Shown here in pieces: positions 12,621-25,943 of a DNA stretch of 64,000 nucleotides. Location of the stretch: contig NC_043004.1 in the NCBI RefSeq assembly GCF_006345805.1, positions 87,048,001 through 87,112,000 on the forward strand. Reading direction: 5' to 3'. Each line of letters begins with the position of its first letter. Position 1 is the first letter of the stretch. Source of the DNA: Octopus sinensis. Its lineage: Eukaryota. The notes below the pieces were generated by a model, which searched no databases, was not told the DNA's origin, and saw only the letters and a program-made list of their open reading frames with translations. Position numbers and translations under genes: made by a program.

Positions 12621-12906
12621 CTGCTCTTGTCATTAATAATGATATCTGGTACAATTTACCTTTGCTAAACATTAGAACTTGAAATACATAATAATTAAAA
12701 CTGTTATGGTCACATTTTACTGGAAGATTGGTTCTAACAGAAAGAGTCAGAAGGTTTGTTATGCAGCCAAGTTTATAGAAATACAGTAGTGAAGCTATAT
12801 ACACACATATTTATGAAAATGTATCTTATATGTATATCTATTTATTTATTTATGTATGTATAAAATGTGTGTGTCTATATACATAGGCAAATACATGTAT
12901 ATCAAA

Positions 12907-13468
12907 CTAGCAGTATCGCCCGGCGTTGCTCGGGTTTGTAAGGGAAATAACTATATAAGCATTTTTAGAGAGTTATAGCCAAAAAATAGCAAAAAAAATA
13001 CATTAAAAATGGAAAAAAAATTATGGTAAATTTTTTTTTAAATCGTTGACTCATCGTAGACATTTTCTGTTTTGGTGTCTTCAAGCCATGAAGTCGTTCT
13101 AAAAGAACGCTGGTCTCCTTGACAACGCTTTACGACGTTGATTTCCTTACACTCCCTTCCCCACAGCTTCACGAGGGAGGGAAGAAGGGGGAGAAGCAAC
13201 ACAGGTGCAGGCGTGAGCGTGGATGCCAACTCCGCCGCCATCGACACACGAAAAAATATGCATTAAAATGGAATAAAAAATGATGTTAAATTATTTTTAA
13301 AATCGTAGACTCATCGTTGACGCGCGCTAATAGTCAGACGGGCTCGATATGAATCACGACTATAAGATACCCGAATTTGGTTAAACTGCACCGCAAAATG
13401 TGGGAGTAGTTAGGAATCTAAATCGAAGGGGACAGACACTCACACAACTACAGTTTTATATATATAGA
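12907..13468 (-). mobile_element. Non-autonomous Helitron, 562 bp, young (CpG-rich)
   Basis: Minus strand begins TC (TCTATATATATAAAA) and ends CTAG, inserted between A (13469) and T (12906); GC hairpin CCCGAGCAACGCCGGG lies 8 nt before CTAG. Confidence 0.88.
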
Positions 13469-13554
13469 TATTATACAACATAAATTCTCGATTTATGAAA
13501 ATTATCTTTCCCTCCCCAGCTCTCATTCTTCTCTCCCTTCCAGTTGAGGGGGTC

Positions 13555-13785
13555 TTGTTCTGCAAGTTACTCGGTGACCTCACTGCTGCTGGTGCCACAT
13601 AAAAAAGCACCCAGTGCACTCTGTAAAGTGATTGACATTAAGAAGGGCATCCATCTGTAGAAACCTTGCCAAAACAGATACCAGAGCTTTGTGTAGTCTC
13701 CTGACTTGCCAGTTCCTGTCAAGCCATCCCACCCACACCGATATTAAAAATGGACATTGAATAATGATGAGGATGATGATCTCTG
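13555..13785 (+). mobile_element. RTE-type 3' tail fragment
   Basis: AAAAAGCACCCAG..AAGGGCATCCA..AGAAACCTTGCC..(GAT)n. Confidence 0.7.
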
Positions 13786-14164
13786 CCTCTAGTGGGTGGG
13801 TCATAATTACCAAAAGGCAATTAAAACCAGCTCCATTTGAAAAGTGGAGATAATCTCATGAACCAAGAATTTCTCCAAAAATATGTTATTAAGCAAAATG
13901 ACAGGCTCATCTGCAAATGAAAGGACACACATTAGATGTATTCAGCTCCACTTAAAAAGGGGACATAACCTCAAGAGTCAAGAACAGGAAAAGAACATGC
14001 TTATTGTCTGGAGACAAGAGGAGAGTCACGGACATGTGATTCTGGCACAGTACTTTTCATTAGCTCAACAATTGTCCAACCACATCTCCCATAGCCAAAA
14101 TGGAGTAGAACATTTGTGGCCTAAATCATTTCTGGTCCAGTTGCCTCCCTCTCTTTCTCTGTCT

Positions 14165-14186
14165 CTCATACACATGCACATATTTG

Positions 14187-14221
<35 letters not shown>

Positions 14222-14257
14222 ATATGTATATATACACCATATATATATAATATATAT

Positions 14258-14316
<59 letters not shown>

Positions 14317-14420
14317 CGTGTATGCATATATGTATACATATATAATATATCTATAGGGATGTATATCTGTATACATGTATATATGTATAGCTGCATGCGT
14401 GTGTATGTACATATCTGTAT
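14165..14420. repeat. Compound (TA)n/(TG)n microsatellite
   Basis: Direct reading; explains the YI/HT-rich ORFs on the track. Confidence 0.95.
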
Positions 14421-14594
14421 GCTTGCATATAATAATTCTGCAAATAATATTTCCATCATTCTCAATTTTTAATATGTATTTTCAACTGAGATTACATATT
14501 GAATTGTAATAAAGAAATAAACTGTGTTTCAAGAGAAAACAGCTGCGATTTACCTTAACTAACAACACTATGTGTGTATATATATATATATATA

Positions 14595-14812
14595 TATTCT
14601 ATTCTTTTACTCGTTTCAGTCATTTGACTTTGGCCATGCTGGAGCACCCCCTTAAAGGGTGTTAGTCGAAGAAATCGACCCCAGGCCTTGTTCTTTGTAA
14701 GCCTAGTACTTATTCTATTGGTCTCTAAGTTACAGGGACATAAACATACCAGCATTAGTTGTCAAGTGTTGGCAGGGGAACAAACATAGACAAACTCATA
14801 TATATATACATG

Positions 14813-14890
<78 letters not shown>

Positions 14891-15034
14891 TTCTTCCAGT
14901 TTCCATCTACTAAATCCACTCACAAGGTTTTGGTTGGCCCGAGGCTATAGTGCCCAAGGTGCCACGCAGTGGGACTGAACCTAGAGCCATGTGATTAGGA
15001 AGCAAGCATCTTACCACACAGCCATGCCTGTGCC
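14595..15034 (-). mobile_element. SINE type A with ~60-bp (TG)n
   Basis: Reverse match to type A; (TG)n at ~14824-14886. Confidence 0.85.
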
Positions 15035-15149
15035 TATAATCTGTATTTGAATGTATGTTTATATATACCTAAAGGGTGTTTGTGGTAAATCTGACAGTTT
15101 GTGTGAAAGCAAAAAAAAAAAAATATTAATAATAATAATATCACATCCC

Positions 15150-15960
15150 AAAATTAAAGTATTTTAAAAAATCAAAAAAACATCAGCTTGATTATGGTAA
15201 GGAGATAATAGTTTATTCAAAGTAGCCACCCTCAGCTTCCACCACAGCTTCAAAGTAGCTCTGGTACCCGGAACATGTATTTCCCACTGTGTCCCTGAAA
15301 AGATCTTTGAATTCCTCTTTAATCTTGGACACCAGCTCGGCCTTGGTGTTGCAGGCAGAGCAGTTGGTGTCTTTGTCAGCTGTACCCCACACTTTGTGAT
15401 CATGGGGAATTAAGAGGCCAGAAATTGGGGCTGCTGAAATAAAAAAAAAATTCTTTGACAACCACTTTCGACTCTTTCCAGAGGCATGGTAAGAAGCTGA
15501 ATCCTGCTGCCACATGCAACCCTCTCCGGCCAATATTTGACCACAATCTCCATCATGGTACAGCTAACCCTTTTCTAATAGTCCTCCTAGTCACTTAACT
15601 TTTTCTCATCTGCAACTTTAGTCGTTATGTTCTCAACGCTGTTGACTGTTCACCAATACATCAAGATGTTCCTGAAAGAAAAAAACAACAACAGGTATAT
15701 AAAATAGTTAAATTAAGTAGCCTAAACACCACTCACACATGTATATAATTTTATATTTGTGTGTGAATGAATTCACACGTAAGATATCTACATATATGCA
15801 TATTAATGTGCAACCAGTGTTTTTCATACTTTTTTTTTAGTGATGTGCATACACACGATCTGTTGTAAGGGAAGTAACTCATGTCGCCTTAATGTGACAG
15901 CAACTGTAGCATCGCTTGGAAATCATTGATAAATTTCTCAGAGTAATTGGTTTATGCTTC
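15150..15960 (-). mobile_element. Tc1/mariner maT (DD37D-like) element fragment
   Basis: ORF 15213-15533 WQQDSA..WGTADKDTN..CNTKAELVSKIKEEF..EAVVEAEGGYFE is a typical maT C-terminus; element ends not resolved. Confidence 0.75.
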
Positions 15961-16071
15961 ATTTTTTCATTTTAATTAAACAGATTTCGATTTTTTTTTT
16001 GTCAGTCTTAAATGTATTTTTTATCGTGTTTTCTCTGAATGAAGCCACCATGTTACTTTCATTACCTATAA

Positions 16072-16510
16072 GCGCAGACGTGGCTGTGTGGTAAGAAGCT
16101 TGCTTCTTAACCACATGGTTCCAGGTTCAGCCCCACTGTGTGACACATTGGGCAAGTGTCTTCTGCAATAGTCTTGGTTAACCAAAGCCTTGTGAGTGGA
16201 TGGAAACTGAAAGAAGCTTGTCATATATATTTATGTATATGTATGTACATATTTATGTGTGTGTGTGTCTTTGTGTCCATGTTTGTCCCACCCCACCATC
16301 GCTTGACAACTGATGTTGGTGTGTTTACGTCTCTGTAAACTTTGTGGTTCTCTGTAACTTAGCAGTTCAGCAAAAGAGACCGATAGAATAAGCATTAGGC
16401 TTACAAAGAATAAGTACTGGAGTTGAAGTCTTTGACTAAAACACTTTAAGGTGGTGCTCCAGCATGGTCGCAGTCAAATGACTGAAACAAGTAAAAGAAT
16501 AAAAGAAAGA
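16072..16510 (+). mobile_element. SINE type A
   Basis: Full-length match: GCGCAGACGTGGCTGTGTGGTAAG head to GACTGAAACAAGTAAAAGA tail. Confidence 0.9.
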
Positions 16511-17308
16511 ATACCCTACTCTGTATTTTTTTTTACTTGTCTCAGCCAAGAACTAAATATCTTGTGAAGTACAAATAGAATATATATGTCCAGTGTTGAA
16601 TTTATGAGTGAAAGAGAGACTAAAATTTTATCTTGTTTGTAGACTCTAAAAATATCATGTGATGTATTTGCTAATTTAGTGTTTCAGATCTCTGGAAATC
16701 CAATACTCTTAGGCTCTTATCCAGAAACTCTTTCCCCCCATCACACAACACTCATTTTTAAAAATCTCCTTTTTCCAATGCGCAAAATTTTATTCATCTT
16801 GCTTAAATTTGGTATAACTCATTGGATATGGTCTCAGAGATGTATATTAGAGGGTGCTATGGCAGCCAGAAAGTTGTTCTTCAAATTTAACTACTCTACT
16901 GCAAATGTTTTCTTTAACTTCTCCATACTTGTTTTCCATGCAAGACTTGCTCAAATAAGACATATTATTTAAATTCAAATTCCAGTAGTTTTAAGTTTCC
17001 ATTTCTTGATCTGTAGTTTTCCAGGTTCAGTTAAGAATATTTTCACTCAAATGCTTGCTTTTTTTCCTGCTAGTGTATGTGTTCATGTGTGTGTGTGTGT
17101 GTGAGTGTCTGTATATTTTCATTGCATTTTTATGTATTTTTACACTGACATTAAATGAAATTGTAAATGAATGGTTTCTCCTTTGACCATGTGATTATCA
17201 GGGATCCCAAAGGTAATGTGGATGTCATATTGAAGTAATTAATAGGAGGCTGGGTAATGGACAGTTTATGATAGTTCATTGTACTTCACCTAAATCATGT
17301 ATTTACAG

Positions 17309-17368
17309 ATGAGGGTGAAAATAGTTCTATGGAAGCACAACCAGTTCCATATACACATATGAATGGGA
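17309..17368 (+). other. Candidate 60-nt host exon (phase 1-1: xEGENSSMEAQPVPYTHMNG)
   Basis: Acceptor ATGTATTTACAG and donor GA/GTATGT; length a multiple of 3; unidentified. Confidence 0.25.
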
Positions 17369-17999
17369 GTATGTAATTTGGTAAAAGGCATATTATTATA
17401 TGCAATCATATATGTAGGCGTATAATTATGAGTGAACACATTATTGTTCATTCAAATTTATGCATTCACACATGCACACACTCACACAATCGATTTTGAT
17501 TCCTGATTGAATCTGTTTCACTTATGGCATTAATACCCTTGGGAAAGATTCATCTTTACTCTCTGTTGAATTTGTAGTTTGTGAATATGTGTTATCATAA
17601 TGATAGAGCAAGGAACTGTTTTATATCTAATTTTCAATATGAGCACAATTGAAATGTTCATGAATGTGTCGATATTATGCAGAATTGGAGCAAATGTTTT
17701 TGCTGTGAGATACTTTCTTTATGGCTTATTACTAATGAAGGATGGCATCTGCTTTTTAGTAGAGCAACCAAAACTATATTGTGTCTCACATAGAGAGATT
17801 AAACATGTACTATGGGTACATATATTTACATATAATAGTATGCAATTATAAGACATTTGAATTATGGAACATAATTTTTATTCTTTCCTCCCACACGTTT
17901 ACAGACACATATTTATCACATGGACATATATGCATGTGTGTGTGTGTACATGCATACATGTATGTATATGTACATAGTTGTATGCTTGCTTGCATAATG

Positions 18000-18375
18000 T
18001 ACAGGCTTGGTTGTGCAGTAAGAAGTTTGCTTTCTAACCACATGGTTCCAGGTTCAATTCCACTGCATGCCCTTTTGGACACATGTCTACTATAACCCAG
18101 GGCCAACTAAAGCCTCATGAATGGCTTTAGTAGATGGAAACTGAAAGAACCCAACCATATTTGTGTTTGTGTTTGTCCCCACCCCCACCACTTGACAACC
18201 AGTGTCGGTTTGCTTACATCCTCATAACTTAGCAGTTCTGTGAAAGAAATCAATAGAGAATGTACTAGACTTGAAAAGAAAAGTTAAGTTGTAGTGTCAA
18301 TTTGTTCAACTAAAACCCTTCAAGGCTTTGCTCCAGCATGGTCATAGTCTAACTACTGAAGTAGAAGATAAAAGA
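18000..18375 (+). mobile_element. SINE type A
   Basis: Match to the family. Confidence 0.8.
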
Positions 18376-20168
18376 TAAGATATATAGCACATAAACACAG
18401 TTTCATGGACATAAATTGACTTCAGTTTATGATTGCATATTTGCATCAGTTTTTTTATAGGTTCTGTAACTTGTCAGCTCATCCTTTCCTTGCTCTCCTC
18501 ACTTGTTTACATTTACACAATTCTGTCTTTGCCTTATTTTTGGTGATCACCTAGGAAGGAGTATTTACAATTCTTGATTTAGTGGACCATATTTCAGGCT
18601 TCAAGTTTCTTTCTATGGTAGTGATATACTGTAATGTTGTGCTTGAGTAATTACTGTTTTTTTTATTTCTATATTTGAGGAAAATAAGTTTTGCCTTTAG
18701 TCCCATCAACAAAGGAGGATACTCAGAGTATAGATATTAATGTTGAATTTGGCTTGAAAAATTAATGACGTATGAAAACAGATAAACTGCTTGTGTCAGA
18801 CTAGTGCTTCCCAGCCATGTGGCTTTGAGTTCAGTCACTGCATAGCATCTTGGGTATCTTCTACTCTAGCCCTGGGCTAACCAAAGCATTGTGAGTGGAT
18901 TTGGTAGATAGAAACTGAAAGAATCCCACCATACACACATGTACACACACATGCACACATATTCTTTTGATTAAAATTCCTTGAGGTAGTGCCCCAGCAT
19001 GGTCGCAGCAGTCTAATGACTGAAACAAGTAAATGATAAAAAGATATATGTGTGTGTTTGTGTGCATGTGTATATGTGCTGTGGTCTGTTGTTGTGCTAC
19101 AAAACTAGTCTACAAACTTTTTGATACCACCTTTGTATATATATAAAGTACAACACAAAATGTTTCAGAGTAACATTACACTTTCTCATTAACATATTAA
19201 TTGAAATGAGGATTACACAACGAATAATAACCCTTTTTAGCTCTCGTATAGAGAAATAATTCACCAAACATTAAGAAATAAGCTATGCTTTGCTTTAGTT
19301 TTGTTTGGGACTACATGTGCACACTATGATGCTCTATGTGGTTATCAGAGTCGCAGTCTGATAGTGAGGGCATATTATACTGCTACATTAGTTTTGTAAG
19401 GTCATGTTTTCACAGTGATTGTAGTGGAAGTAAGTAAAATAGGGTTAGGGTTTCCACATGTGTGTCTGTGTGTGTGTTTGTCCTTCATTAGTGCTTGATA
19501 ACTGGTGTTGGTTTGTTTACTTCTCCATGACTTCCATGATTTGGCAAAATAGTCTGGCAAAATAGATGTGGTTCTTTAATAGTAAAGTAGGAAATCTGCT
19601 TTGAGGCACTGTGTCTATTATAGCCTTTGTGAGCCCTGCAGTGGTTGCTGTAGTTGTTGATGTTCAGCTTGAAGTTTTGTAGATCAATCTCTACTGGGGG
19701 AAACATTTGCAGAGAGGTTTTAAAAACTGATTTGGTGCATGATGGCTCATGAAATCCATGCCAGCATGGAAGAGCAAATGTAAAATGGTGATGTTTTAGG
19801 TAGTTGCAGTTCTTGGAATATAGATTGGGCAATGTGTTCAGTAAGAGTGTTTGGAGACTAAGATGTTGAAATGACAAGTGGAGAAGAAACGGATGCATTA
19901 AGTGAATCTGGGTGTGGGAAGGACCCTAGTGAGACAATTGTTTGCAGTTGTTTGAACTCAAATGATTTGGCATGGCTGACTGGACATTCAGCCTGTTTTG
20001 ATGACAGTACTTTTCGGCACTGAAGGTAAACGCACATGTGCAGAAATATACACATATAAACAGAGAGAGGGGAAGAGCGAGAGATATTAGAGTTTATTAA
20101 TTGAACATAATTAATAAAATTTCTCTCTCCTCATACATATAAGGAAATATAGTCACACACACATAAAC

Positions 20169-20200
<32 letters not shown>

Positions 20201-21150
20201 GGGAGGGAGAGAATGAGAAATATTAAAATGTCTGGTAAGTCAGCATCAAATCAGCCATACTAAATAGATGGCACCAAAATAGCTGCATTTGAATGTCTCA
20301 TACCCACAGGAACACATTTCACTTATTCAGTCACAGAAATTATTGTTCTAGTGATAAAGGAGACGTTGGAGGAAGCATAGCGTATTTGTACTCTTGTGGT
20401 TTTATTTCATTAGTAAGTAATGGTTTGCCTATCGGTTGGTTGGCTTTTCTTTGGATGCAAGAACTTCAGGAGCAATTGCTGCTGTAGGTTTTTAGGTGAG
20501 TCGATAGATTGTGTTGTGGTTAGATAAAAGAGATAGTAAGTTTAGTGGTAGAATTATAGTTGTAGTTTTATTAGATTTATAATGCAGATAACTCTTTGCA
20601 GCTTCTAATAGAAAACAACCATGCAGGAAAATATAGAGGAATGATTATTTGTATTGCATTTGAGTAAATGAAAAAAATAATAACTAAGTTTGGAATTTAA
20701 GTAGTGTCAAAGCAAATATTTATAAAAAATATTTTCTAGACAAAAAAATTATTAGCCACAAACAAGCATTTCCCTAGTGGTTCGTAGCCATTATTCTCTC
20801 TCTTTTTATACTGCAACCGTCTCTGCTCTTCTAATCCTCGTGGTTGTATGTACATATTAATTAAATTAATTCAATATATACATCTTAGTGCTTTGTACTA
20901 AAGTATATTAAAACATTGCTAGATTCTTCCACAGACTCATTTCTCTTGTCTATATTTTCCCCTCTGACTACAAACTTCAGTTTCAATTGAACACTAATCA
21001 AACTAACCTTACTTGATATCTTTGTCTTAGCCTAGGGCCTTGCATAATAAGGCTCATGTCTTCAGAATATTGATAAAATACAATATATAAAAGAATAAAT
21101 AACTATATACTGGGTAAAATTAAAGAGAGGAGGTGGAGATAAACTGAAGT

Positions 21151-21510
21151 GCTGACATGGCTATGTGGTTAAGAAGCTTGCTTTGCAACTATGTGGTTTG
21201 GGATTCAGTCCCAGTGTGCAGTTCCTTGGGCAAGTGTCTTCTATAGCTCTGGACCAACCAATGCTATGTGAGTGAATTTAGTAGATGAGAACTACGTGGA
21301 AACCCATTGTTTCCACATTTGTGTGTGTGTGTTTGTCCATCACTACTGCTTGATAACTGGTGTTGGTTTGTTTACTTCTCCATGACTTCCATGATTTGGC
21401 AAAATATTCTGACAATAAGCAGCAAACTCAAAATAAGTACTGGGGTTGATATGTTTGATGCAACCCTTCAAGGCAGTGCCCCAGCATGACCATAGTTAAT
21501 GACTGAGATG
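21151..21510 (+). mobile_element. SINE type A
   Basis: Match to the family. Confidence 0.8.
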
Positions 21511-22590
21511 AGAAAATACATAGAAATGTAACTGACTACACAAGTAACTCCTGTGACACTTACCAATACAAGAGAAGAAAGCAGAATTTTAAAAAGATGT
21601 AAATTTGTATATATATTTGTTTTAATATTTTAATATTATTACAAATTAATATTCTTTTGTATGTTGGAATGTTGGAGGCAATACTCCACAGTTGACTGCA
21701 TATTACTGTTTATTTTCTACCTTTTTAAATTCTGTAGAGAGGCCAGGAAACCATTTTGCTTTGCTTAAGGGCAGACACACTGCTAAAAAATAAAACAAAC
21801 AAAAATAACAATTTATGATTAGATTACAGTCAATTACGCATTTATTTTGTAAAGATACAGTTTAAAGGTGTAAATTAGTTGAAAATGCATTGGTTAACTC
21901 TTTTCTGTTTTTACATTTTTGGTTTTAAAAATCATAAGATTTTTGTATTTCATACATAATGTAAAAGAAGGCAGTGTTTTAAGTAGATTATCTGTAATGT
22001 ATGGAAAGAAATTTATTATATTCAAACAAAATTCCTGGCATTTGCATTAGTTACTAAGCAACCTGTTAAATGTGTAGGTGTCATTTTTATTTCTCCAACA
22101 ATATCTTGTAATGTTGGTTGAAATGAAGTGGACACTTAGAAGCAATCTAGTAAACCATGTTGACAATTTGTTTCATTTTGTATCTGAAAATCTAATATTA
22201 TTTCTAACAATTTTATGTTGATAACATAAGGATAATGCCAATTCATTGAAAATTTATACCAAATATATACGTTGTATTCAGAGAATCAGCATATTTCAAA
22301 CTGTTTTTATATGATAATTTGTGTTTTGATTTGGTTCAGGTGAGGAAGAATGATTAATGACTGTAAAATTCCATGTAAGAGAATAATATAGATAATAATT
22401 GTAATAATAATAATTTCATTTGGACTTTCAAATATTAAAGACACATCTTCTTGGTTACAATAATCAACATGCTGTGCAAAAATGTTTATACTCTGAATCC
22501 AGGGCACATTTCTTTTCCTTTTTATTTATAATCTTTTTAACTGTTCCTAGACTGAGGTATTGAAATAAGTAGGTGAAGTAGTGGAATTAA

Positions 22591-22858
22591 TCATCATCAT
22601 CATCGTTTTAACATCCACTTTTCCATGCTTAATGGGTTGAATGGAATTTGTTGAGGCAGTTTTTTTATGACCAGATGCCCTTCCTGTCGCCAACCTTCAC
22701 TTATTTCCAGGTAAGGTAATATTTCCCCATGACCAGATATGTTTTCTCAGGATATTGGAAATGAAGGGCACTATTTGCATGATGGCAACGCTTGTTTACA
22801 ACTATCATATGAAGTCAAAGCATGGAGACAATACCACACACACACACATTCATATATA

Positions 22859-22910
<52 letters not shown>

Positions 22911-23308
22911 GGATGGCCCAAAAGTAGGTTTACAGTTATTATGTAGGCACTTTAAATTTCTTTTAAAACATTTTATTACATTTAAATTTCTATCTTACAA
23001 ACTGAAAAGGGAGCTTGACAAAATTAACTAAATTAGCATAGAATAATAGTTTCATATTTTTTCATAATTAAGATTTAAACTGTTAATATATGAATGCGAA
23101 AGAGATAGTTGAATAACTGTACACCTACTTTTGGGCCACCCTATACAATGGGTTTCTTTCAGTTTCCGTCAACCAGATCCATTGACAAGGTTTTGGTGGA
23201 CCTGGAACTATACTAGAAGACACTTATCTAAGGGGCTACCTAATGGGATTGAATCTAGAATAGCATGATTGAGAAGCAAAATTATTAGCACAGGGCCATA
23301 CCTATGCC
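22591..23308 (-). mobile_element. SINE type B interrupted by a MITE
   Basis: (CAT)n tail at 22591, type B body, head at 23145-23308. Confidence 0.8.
22909..23143. mobile_element. Tc1/mariner-type MITE, ~235 bp
   Basis: ~32-bp TIRs CAGGATGGCCCAAAAGTAGGTTTACAGTTATT and AATAACTGTACACCTACTTTTGGGCCACCCTA; sits in a TA microsatellite. Confidence 0.88.
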
Positions 23309-23612
23309 TAAATTAATATTTAATTTAAATCGTTCTGGCAAGAATATAATAGGTAGGAAAGGAGTTTTAATTATATCCAGACTATTAACCTCATTTTAAG
23401 TGTATAGATATAGCCATTTTATATAAACCCTCTTAAGTATATATCTAAGTATATATAAGCCCTCTTAAATAGCGGTTAATAGTTCATAAAATTATGATCT
23501 TCATAAAAACTCACCCACTACTGTCTACAAAGAATGATTATAAGAATGTATTAAATACAGTAAATATAACTAGTCCATGGAAATTAGTGCTTTGTCAGTA
23601 TTGGCAAAATCC

Positions 23613-23838
23613 TAATTCTTTAGCATTTGAGCTGGTCGTATTTGGCCCAAATATTCTACCTGTTTTATGTGCAAACTGTCCTGGTCTAGCCTTTCACACC
23701 TACCCTACAATGACATTCTAAAATAAACAGTCACATCATTGAAATCTTGCAGCTACAAGGTAATGCATGATTCATTCAAAACAATGTGAATAAATATGGA
23801 TTATATTTTACAGAGAAATCTGAATGCTAAAGGGTTAA
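23613..23838 (-). mobile_element. piggyBac-like MITE
   Basis: Ends (T)CTTTAGCATT and AATGCTAAAGGG-TTAA. Confidence 0.8.
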
Positions 23839-23986
23839 TACAATTCACACATTTCAATGTGGAGAAACCAGAAAACTAATGTTTCGAGCAAAAAAGTCTT
23901 TTTGGTGGGGTGGGGAGAGAAAGAGAAGTTAAAAACAACATTTATGATGGCACTGAAACTGAAGAACGAGCAAGAGTGGAAGGAGA

Positions 23987-24300
23987 GATCATTTAGTGTC
24001 TACTTTCCATGCTCGCATGGGTTGGACAGTTTGATTGAAACTGATTAGCTGGAAGGCTGCACCAAATTCCAGTCTGATTTGGAATGTTTTCTATGGCTGG
24101 ATGCCCTTCCTAACACCAACCACCCCAAAATGTAATGGGTGCTTTTTATGTTTCACCAGCCCAGGTGCCAGTTATGTGACATCAGCATCGACCACAATTA
24201 CTGTTTCATTTGGCTTGAGGAGTCTCCTCAAGCACGGCATATCGTTAACAGTCTTGATTGCTTGTCATCATCTCTGTGAGACCCAATGTTCGAAGGGTAC
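23987..24300 (-). mobile_element. RTE 3' tail fragment
   Basis: TTTCCATGCTCGCATGGGTTGGAC..GGATGCCCTTCCTAACACCAACC. Confidence 0.7.
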
Positions 24301-24499
24301 TTTTTACATGCCATATGTGTGTGTGTCAGTAGGAAATCAGTGGCCACTGACAAAATGATGAAAAGTGGGTAGAAAGACAATGATCAATTAAACATACACA
24401 AAAAATATAATCACAGATTGGGTTATATGTGTGTGTGTGTGTGTGTGTGTAGGTATAAAAATAACCTTGTAGAATGCTATGTAAAGGTCATCTACTGTT

Positions 24500-24672
24500 A
24501 TTGGTTACATAATGCCATTCATATTCTGAGTTCAAATTCCACTGAGGTCAACTTTGCCTTTCATCCTTTTGGAATCATTAAATTAAGTACCAGTTGCATA
24601 TTGGGGGCAATCTAATCGGCTGGCCCCCACCTCCCCCAAAATTTCAGACCTTGTGCCTAGAGTAGAAAAGAT
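24500..24672 (+). mobile_element. SINE type C (Meta-domain-like), partial
   Basis: GAGTTCAAATTCC B-box then GCCTTTCATCCTTT..AAATTAAGTACCAG; same as 47601-47818. Confidence 0.75.
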
Positions 24673-24747
24673 TATACAGTAGAAATGCACATGCTATTGG
24701 ATTTACTTCAGGAATTCTGTAGTATCCATAGAGTTCATATAACTTAG

Positions 24748-24835
24748 ATCAGCATCTGAAAAATGGAATTCATGAGATTCTTTATTCAAAACCACTACAA
24801 TTGTTTGGACTCATTCTTGCACCTGTAGCTCATAG
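24748..24835 (+). other. Candidate host exon (xQHLKNGIHEILYSKPLQLFGLILAPVAH)
   Basis: Strong donor AG/GTAAGT at 24836; acceptor AACTTAG only moderate; one open frame. Confidence 0.2.
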
Positions 24836-25943
24836 GTAAGTTGCTATGCAATCAGTTGTCTGGCATTACAGATGTAGAATTCACCTCATCAGGTGAATTT
24901 TTAAAAAAGTTCCTGATTTTATCTGCTTGCTATTTCACTTTGCCTTATGATAATGTATAGCTGGCTATGCTTTGCATTCTAGTAGCTTCTCAACTGAAAC
25001 TGGGAGACGAGATACAGGTGTGAGAATGGGTTGAAACAATTACAGTTTTCAATGAAGAATCTTGTGAATTCTATTTTCTGTCTCTGATCTATATATCATC
25101 ATCATCATCATCATCTTTTAACATCAATTCTCCATGCTGGCATAGGTTGGAGAGTTTGACATGAGCTGGCCAGCTGGAGAGCTGCTTGGGCTCCATTTTT
25201 TTGTCTGTTTTGGCATGGTTTCTATGGTCAGATGCCCTAACATTTGCATGGAGATATATAAATGTACACATATAAACATATTAAGACAAGCAGAAAGGGA
25301 AAAATCTTTGGAGAAAGGAGATGTGTAGGTGTGTGGGTGTTACAATACACATGCGCATCTTAATATGGGACCTCATAAATGTAAAAAGATAGGAAGAGGG
25401 ATCAAAAAAAGAGAAAACAAATTTGGAAATAGAAAACTGTCAGTTCATCTATGTTGGTGAAGCCATGTATAAAGATAATTTCTGTTTCTTTATGTTTACG
25501 AGTATGTGAGAATCTGTTGTGTTGCAATTCTAAACACTGTGAGATGGGCATGTCAGTTAAAGATTGTTTGTGTTTGCATGCAATACTTGACTTAGAAACC
25601 TAATCTTCATCAATAACATTTTCCTATCTAAAGGGAGGGAAAAAAAAACACCACAGGCATGGCTGTGTGGTAAGAAGCTTGCTTCCCAATTGCATGGTTC
25701 CTGGTTCAGTCTCACTGCCTGGTACCTTAGGCAAGTGTCTTCTACTATAGCCTCAGGCCAACCAAAGCCCTGTGAGTGGTTTTGGTAGATGGAAATTGAA
25801 AGAAGTCCATGGTATATTTATGTGTGTGTGTGTGTCTTCATGTCTGTGCTTATCCACCACCACTACCACCACTTACAACTGGTTTTGGTATGTTTACATC
25901 TTCGTACCTTAGCAGTTCAACAGAAGAGGACAATAGAATATAC

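Noticed and set aside
13883-14465. Long ORFs rich in YI/HT
   Set aside because: Translation of (TA)n/(TG)n microsatellites; the same applies to similar ORFs at 22739, 33142, 40731, 52156, 58477 and 61336.
19441-19452. TTAGGG telomere-like repeat
   Set aside because: Only about two units.
20293-20580. Possible NUMT (G/T-skewed), with a perfect AG/GTGAGT donor nearby
   Set aside because: No mitochondrial protein recognised under the invertebrate code; the minus strand IRYASSN looks more like a decayed PLE RT thumb, too weak to call.
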